In this document: one piece after another, positions 58,371 to 64,000 of the stretch
How the letters are laid out: each line of letters starts with the position of its first letter
How positions within the stretch are numbered: position 1 is the stretch's first letter
Source: Mobula hypostoma
Taxonomy: Eukaryota
Length of the DNA: 64,000 nt
NCBI RefSeq assembly: GCF_963921235.1
Contig: NC_086107.1
Location: 114,392,001-114,456,000 of the forward strand
Direction of reading: 5' to 3'
Made by a program: the position numbers and the translations under genes
The notes under the pieces: generated by a model
Told to the model about the DNA's origin: nothing
Database searches by the model: none
Seen by the model: only the letters and a program-made list of their open reading frames with translations

Positions 58371-60479
58371 CTCTGGGTGAACAAGTTGCCTATTAAATCT
58401 CTCCCCTCTCACCTTAAACCTGAGCCCGCTGGTTCTTCATTCCCCAATGCTGGGAAAAAGACCGTGCGCGTTCACCCAATCTGTGCCCTTCGCGGTTTCA
58501 TTCTGCATGACAAGGTCACCCCTCACTCGTCATGGGCGGTTACCATAAACGGAGTTGAATTTCTTTGCTTTAATACTCTGAATGGATGCCTGAAACATCA
58601 GCATCAAAACGGAGACCCTGGGGAAATACGAGCGATGAATGGAGGGAGCGCAGGCTCGCCCAGTGGGTGCCATGGAGATTTGGCCGCGGGAGAAACAGAG
58701 AGGAAGGGGGAAGATATTCACTTCTCGGGATCCAGAAACAAACACAAGCCCTCAAACGAGCCTCCGAGAAACCCGCCCACTGTATTGCCGTGGAGACGGA
58801 CGAGCGTAGAAGGGGGCAGACTCACGTTGACTCCCCAGGGCCCGGTCACCGGTGCTCCTCAGGAGGCCCGAGGGGGAAGAAACGTCTGGCGTCTGTGGCC
58901 GGGGTCTGGTGTCCGTCATCGGGGCAGGTAGTGGGTGAGTGGGGGTGGGGAGATCCTTAGAGCATTACCGGGCGCAGCCGTTCCTCAGAGGTGTGTGTGG
59001 TGGGCGGAGGGTGGAGAGGAGGGAGGGAGGTTGGGCAGATGCAGACTGAGGGATAAGACTGAGGTTGAGGGGCCAGAAAGCCTTGTATTCTGGTGGTCAC
59101 CTGTCAACAGGAATGGATGGAGAAGTCAACAAGGGTGTGGAGAGGGGGGATGGGAGTGAGGGGAAAGGAGGAAGAGGGGGGAACAGGAAGGTGCGGGATG
59201 AGAGGCAGAGGGGATGAGGTGAGTGGGGAGTGAGTATGGGGGGGCAGGTGGGATTGAGGAGGAGGAGGAGGGGGGTTAAGGGGTGACAGAAAGGGAGGGG
59301 GGGATGATGGAGAGGGTGGAGAGTGAGGGAATGGAATGGAGACCAGATGGGGAGGAAGGTGACAGCGGGAAGGGAGTGAGGAGGGGACAGGAAGGCACAA
59401 GGTACAATCACAAATGCCACACCTCATCATCATTCTACTCTTCCTAGCTCTGTCACTGCTCCTGCTCAAGAGAGCCACCCTTGTCACTCTCCTGACCACC
59501 CTTTCGTCCTGTCACTCTCCCCCTCGCTCCTCTTCTCCTCATCCATCTCTCTCTCTCTCCCCTCCCCCAACCTCTCCCATATTGCTCTCTCTGATCCTGA
59601 TTCCTACCCCTTTCTCTCTCGGTCACATCCCCCCTACACCCACTCTCCCTCGTTGTCCCACCGCACCACCCACTCCGTCAGCCGCTGTCTCAGTCTATAC
59701 CCCAGCCCTCTGCTGAGCCTGATTCCTTGGTCTTGCACTCACTTGGGCCAAACCCCCCCAATCCCCACCCTTCATTCTTCTTCACTTCTGCCTTCTCCAG
59801 ACTCTCCTTTCCTCCTTCCCATCCATCACTCCCTCTCTCCTTCCCTCCCGTTCCTCTCCAACTCTCTCCAACTCAGCTTCCCTTCCCTCCCTCCCCGTCT
59901 GTTCTGAACTGTCTGTTTCTGCACCTCTCCCACCTCCTGTCCATTTCCTTCCCCAAGTCCCCCTCCCATCTCCCCCAGCTCTCCTGATTCCCTCACCATC
60001 TCCCCTCAGTTCCCTACCCACCTTATTCTCGTCTCCTCTCACCTGCTCCTTCTTTCTCTCACTCGCACCTTCACCCTCCACACCCCGCCGACCCCTGTTC
60101 ATCCCATCTCCCTCGTCTCCTCGCCCGCAACTCAGTTCCTCTTCCCTGCCTCCCTCACCCCGCCAGCCCCTGCCCGGCTCACGCTCCCTCCACTCGCACC
60201 TCCCCCCTCCCCATCCCCACCCCTTTCTCACCTCCGCTCCCATTCTCTCTCAATGTGTCTCAAGCATGACCCTCACCCCTCGTCCCGTCCTCTCCCCCCA
60301 CCTCCCCCTCACCCTTCCCTCCCGCGGCCTCCCTCCCCGCCCCTCCGATCTCCTCACCCACCCCCCGGTACCCTCATCCCCCTCACCCCTGCCCCCTCAT
60401 CACCCTCGCCCCTGCCCCCTCATCACCCTCACACTCCTTGCCACCTCCTCCTCTCCCCTTCCCCTCACTCTCTCCCGCC

Positions 60480-61690
60480 GCCCCTCCTTCCTCCCCTCTC
60501 CCCCTCACTCCCTCACTCACTCGTTCCCTCACTCACTTCTTCCCTCCGCCGCCGCCGTTGCTCCGAACCATCCGGGTCTCCGCTCCGCTCGGGGAGGGCG
60601 GGGGCTCCGGGAGTTGCGACTGCTCGGCTCCCTCCCCTACATTCACCACCCGTTCTCTTCACTTGTTCACCCTGCCCTTCCACTCCCCACACGCCATAAA
60701 ACCTCCTCATCCTTTTCTCTCTATTACGCACCAAATGTTTTGCTACCCTTGGCAATATTCTTTATGCACAAATAATTAATACTATTTCACTGCTGAAGAA
60801 TCTGCAAACAAGTTATCGTTTACACGTTTACCCTCTGCTTGACTCCCACCATCCGGGATCGCCCCTCTACCCCGACCGTTACTTTCGTAACCGATTCTTC
60901 CCCACCTCCCTCTGCTTTTCCTCCCGTCCCCGGATAACCAACGCCCAGACCCACCGCTTTCATCAACTCCGGCGCCCCGATCGTCCGCTTCCTTTCCCCG
61001 TTGTTATTTTATTCACTTCCCTCCTATGGCCGCCGAATCTGCAGACACTGAGACTCTACGAGGGGTTTACTCAACGAGCCCGAATACAGTCATTGGAATC
61101 TGTCCTGCTGATTCTCCGTCCCGTCCCGACCAGGGCCGATGCCCTTAGCATACCGTTGCTGCTCTGGTGTTCATTGCCGACTGAGGGGAATCGTAGCTGT
61201 AGATCGAAGACGCCTCATGAACTTCTTGCTAACTCATTCTGAATTGCGAATTTAGTTGAAAGTTACGACTGTGAATCTGCGGTTTGTAATGGCGAGCTAG
61301 ATTTTATCTGTAGGGTGATCAAATGCAATTATTGTGCTGATTCTCGGAGCAGATTCGCCATGCCGCTTGTTTCCTGCAATCTCCGATTTCTTCTTTCTCC
61401 GCAGCGCTAGTCACCGCTGGTGGTTCCCCGGCCGACCGGATGCTCCAACTTTGTTTGGGTGGCTTTTCTTTATTTTTTTTAAATAACTGTTATGGCGAAT
61501 CTGCTATTTGCGTCTCTGACAGCAGGGTTCTTGTTTCTCCGCTCCTTGATGGGTGACGTCAATCGAGGACTGACTCTCCGATGGGTGACGTCACCGAGTC
61601 TGGTTTCCCTCCACGCCTGTGGATGACGTCACCGAGAGAACCGCCTCCTCCATCGATGACGTCACCCCGAGGCCCAGCCTACCCCCGTCA
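60480..61690 (-). promoter_or_regulatory. CpG-rich region, probable SETD1A promoter / noncoding first exon
   Basis: High CpG density, ATGGCG (YY1-like) motifs, four TGACGTCA sites; 4-5 kb upstream of the ATG exon, which starts with a splice acceptor. Confidence 0.65.
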
Positions 61691-62680
61691 AAGTTCAAAG
61701 CAAATTTATTATCAGAGTACATCTCTACCAACCACCATGAGGTCCCTTTTCCTGCGGGCATTCACAGTAAATAGAGTCAATGAAAGGCCGCACCCAGCAG
61801 GACGGACCAGCAACCAACTGTGCAGAAACTCAAAGAAAATGAAATGGAAAGAAGTGAATAAGCAATGAATATCTTGAACATGAGATGAAGGGTCCATCTG
61901 TCCTGGGAAAGTTCAGTGAGCGAAGTTCAAGAGCCCGATGGTTGAGGGGTAATAACTGTTCCTCAACCTGGTGGTGTGAGTCCTGAGGCTGCTGAACCTT
62001 CTTCCCGATGGCAGCGGTGAGAAGACAGCATGGCCTGGATGGTGGGGGTCCCTGATGACAGATACTGCTTTCCCACAACGGTACTCCATGTCGATGTGCT
62101 CAACGGTGGGGAAGGTTTTACACTTGATGGACTGGACCGTATCCACTACTTTTTGTAGGCTTGTCCATCCAAGGGCATTGATGTTTCCATACCAGGCTGT
62201 GACGCAACCGGTCAATATACTCTCCACCATACATCTGTAGAAGTTTGTCAAGGTTTTAGATGACATGCCAAACTTTTGCAAACTTCTAAGAAAATAGAGG
62301 CACTGCTGTGCTTCCTTCATAATGGCGCTGGGCTTAGGACAAATCCTCAGAAATGATAACACACTGTGGCAGACCCTCTCCACGTCTGATCCCCTGACGG
62401 GCTCGTGGACCTCCTCTCGTGGTCAATAATCAGCTCCTTAGTCTTGCTGACACTGAGTAAGAGGTTGAAATGGCACCACTCAGCCAGGCTTTCAATCACC
62501 CTCCTAGACGATGATTTGTCACCACCTTTGATTCGGCCAACAGTACTGGTGTCATCAGCAAGCAGAAATATGATATTGGAGCTGTGCTTATAAAGTGAGT
62601 CGAGCAGGGGTCTAAGCACGCAACCTTGTGCATCTAATGGAGGAAAATGTCGTTGCCATTCTGAACTGACTGGGAAAGGA
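61690..62680 (-). mobile_element. Decayed Rex1/Babar-like LINE
   Basis: LLADD, SVSKTKELIID, AQQCLYFLRSL, FYRCMVESILT, DPHHPGHAVFSPLPSGRR. Confidence 0.8.
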
Positions 62681-63596
62681 GGAAATCAGGGAAATCGAAG
62701 GTCCAGTTGCACAAGGATCACTCACCAGTGGGAACCATCCTCAATACCAAATACCTCTTTCACCCTGCCTGCCCGTCCCCCCTCTCCGGGAACTATTTAC
62801 CTGTAACCCATTGGACTCTTGTTTCATAACACTTTCATTCACTGTGAAAGTCCTAATCACAGTGCCCATGGTCTCCCTTCAGTCTCATACACTCCAAGGA
62901 ATAAAGTTTCAACCTGCCCAGTTTGTAACCCCTCAAATCCCATCAACATCCTCGTAAATCTCCCTCTGCACTTTAGCTTTAGGCAGTGTTAAGGAGGTAA
63001 ATTGTTAGAGGGATGTAAGTTCAAAGTGAATTTTATTATCAGAGTACAAATTGTATGCAACCATATACAACCCTGAGATTCGTACTCAGCAAATCTACAA
63101 AATGGTAACTCTAACAGGATCAGTGAAAGATCAACCAAAGTGCAGAAGACAACAAACGGTGCAGATGCAGATATAAATAAATAGCAATAAATAATGATGT
63201 TATAAGATGATGAGATGTACAGACAGCCAGCACGTTTTTCCCAGGATGGCAATGACTGACTTGAGGAGGCATCATTTTAAGGTAATTGGAGGAAAGCACA
63301 GGGGAATATCAGAGGTAGGTTTGTTGCACAGAGTGGTGGGTGTGAGGAACACGATGCTGGATGCTGGTGGAAGCAGATAAACATATCTTAGACAGTTCTA
63401 AGAGACTTTTAGATGGGCACACGGATGAAAGAAAAATGGAGGGCAAAGTTGCAGCAGAGCATTGTGGGAGGAAAGCATTAGTTTGATCTTAGAGTAGGTA
63501 AAAAAGTGTGGGCCGAAGGGCCTGTATTGTTCTATACACTCTTGCCTATTTAATGGCTCCTCTCCTGTAGCAGGGCGGACCATAATTAAACACGAG

Positions 63597-63810
63597 TAAC
63601 ACACACACAAAACAGTGAAGGAACTCAGCAGGTCAGGCAGCATCTGTGGAAAGGAGTAAACAGTCGACATTTCAGGCTGAGACCCATCTTCAGGACTGAG
63701 AAGGTGGGGAGAAGATGCCAGAATAAAGAGGTAGGTGGGGGGTGGGAAGGAGTCTAGCTGAAAGGTGACAGGTGAAGCCAGGTAGGTGGGAAAAGTCAAG
63801 GGCTGGAGAG
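63597..63810 (-). mobile_element. Penelope-like terminal repeat containing a minimal hammerhead motif (63661-63698)
   Basis: Minus strand CAGTC-CTGAAGA-TGGGTCTCAGCCT-GAAA-TGTC-GACTG. Confidence 0.7.
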
Positions 63811-64000
63811 CCCAGCATAAAGCCCTGTCTCCAGCCAACATCGCTGTCTGGGTCTTCGAGGCACACAAACCTCCAAACATGACAAGGTTGAGGTCCTCTT
63901 GGAGGACTTTAGCAATCTGAGACACATTGGTTATGCTTCAACAGAGGGGTCCATGAGATATGGTTCAGTTGCAGGTAGATGTGACTAAGCAGAAAATCTA

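Overview
Eukaryotic (vertebrate) genomic DNA, GC-rich and crowded with minisatellites. The repeat families suggest a cartilaginous fish, probably a ray (inference). Three spliced genes were reconstructed by hand: (1) the last two exons of a + strand trypsin-like serine protease with a hydrophobic tail (prostasin-like); (2) a complete 6-coding-exon HSD3B7 on the - strand (368 aa); (3) a complete 18-coding-exon SETD1A on the - strand (1724 aa) with a U12 AT-AC intron and an upstream CpG-rich promoter carrying four CRE palindromes. Most ORFs in the supplied track are artefacts of tandem repeats. Mobile DNA includes a near-intact full-length Tx1-clade LINE, a young CR1, Rex1/Babar, Penelope-like elements with hammerhead-ribozyme motifs, a solo LTR, Tc1 fragments and SINEs. 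The most interesting signal is that two independent Tx1 copies in the last SETD1A intron both end at the same position of a 52-bp intronic tandem repeat, and the full-length copy has a 16-bp TSD. This suggests a sequence-specific retrotransposon whose target is a dispersed intronic satellite.
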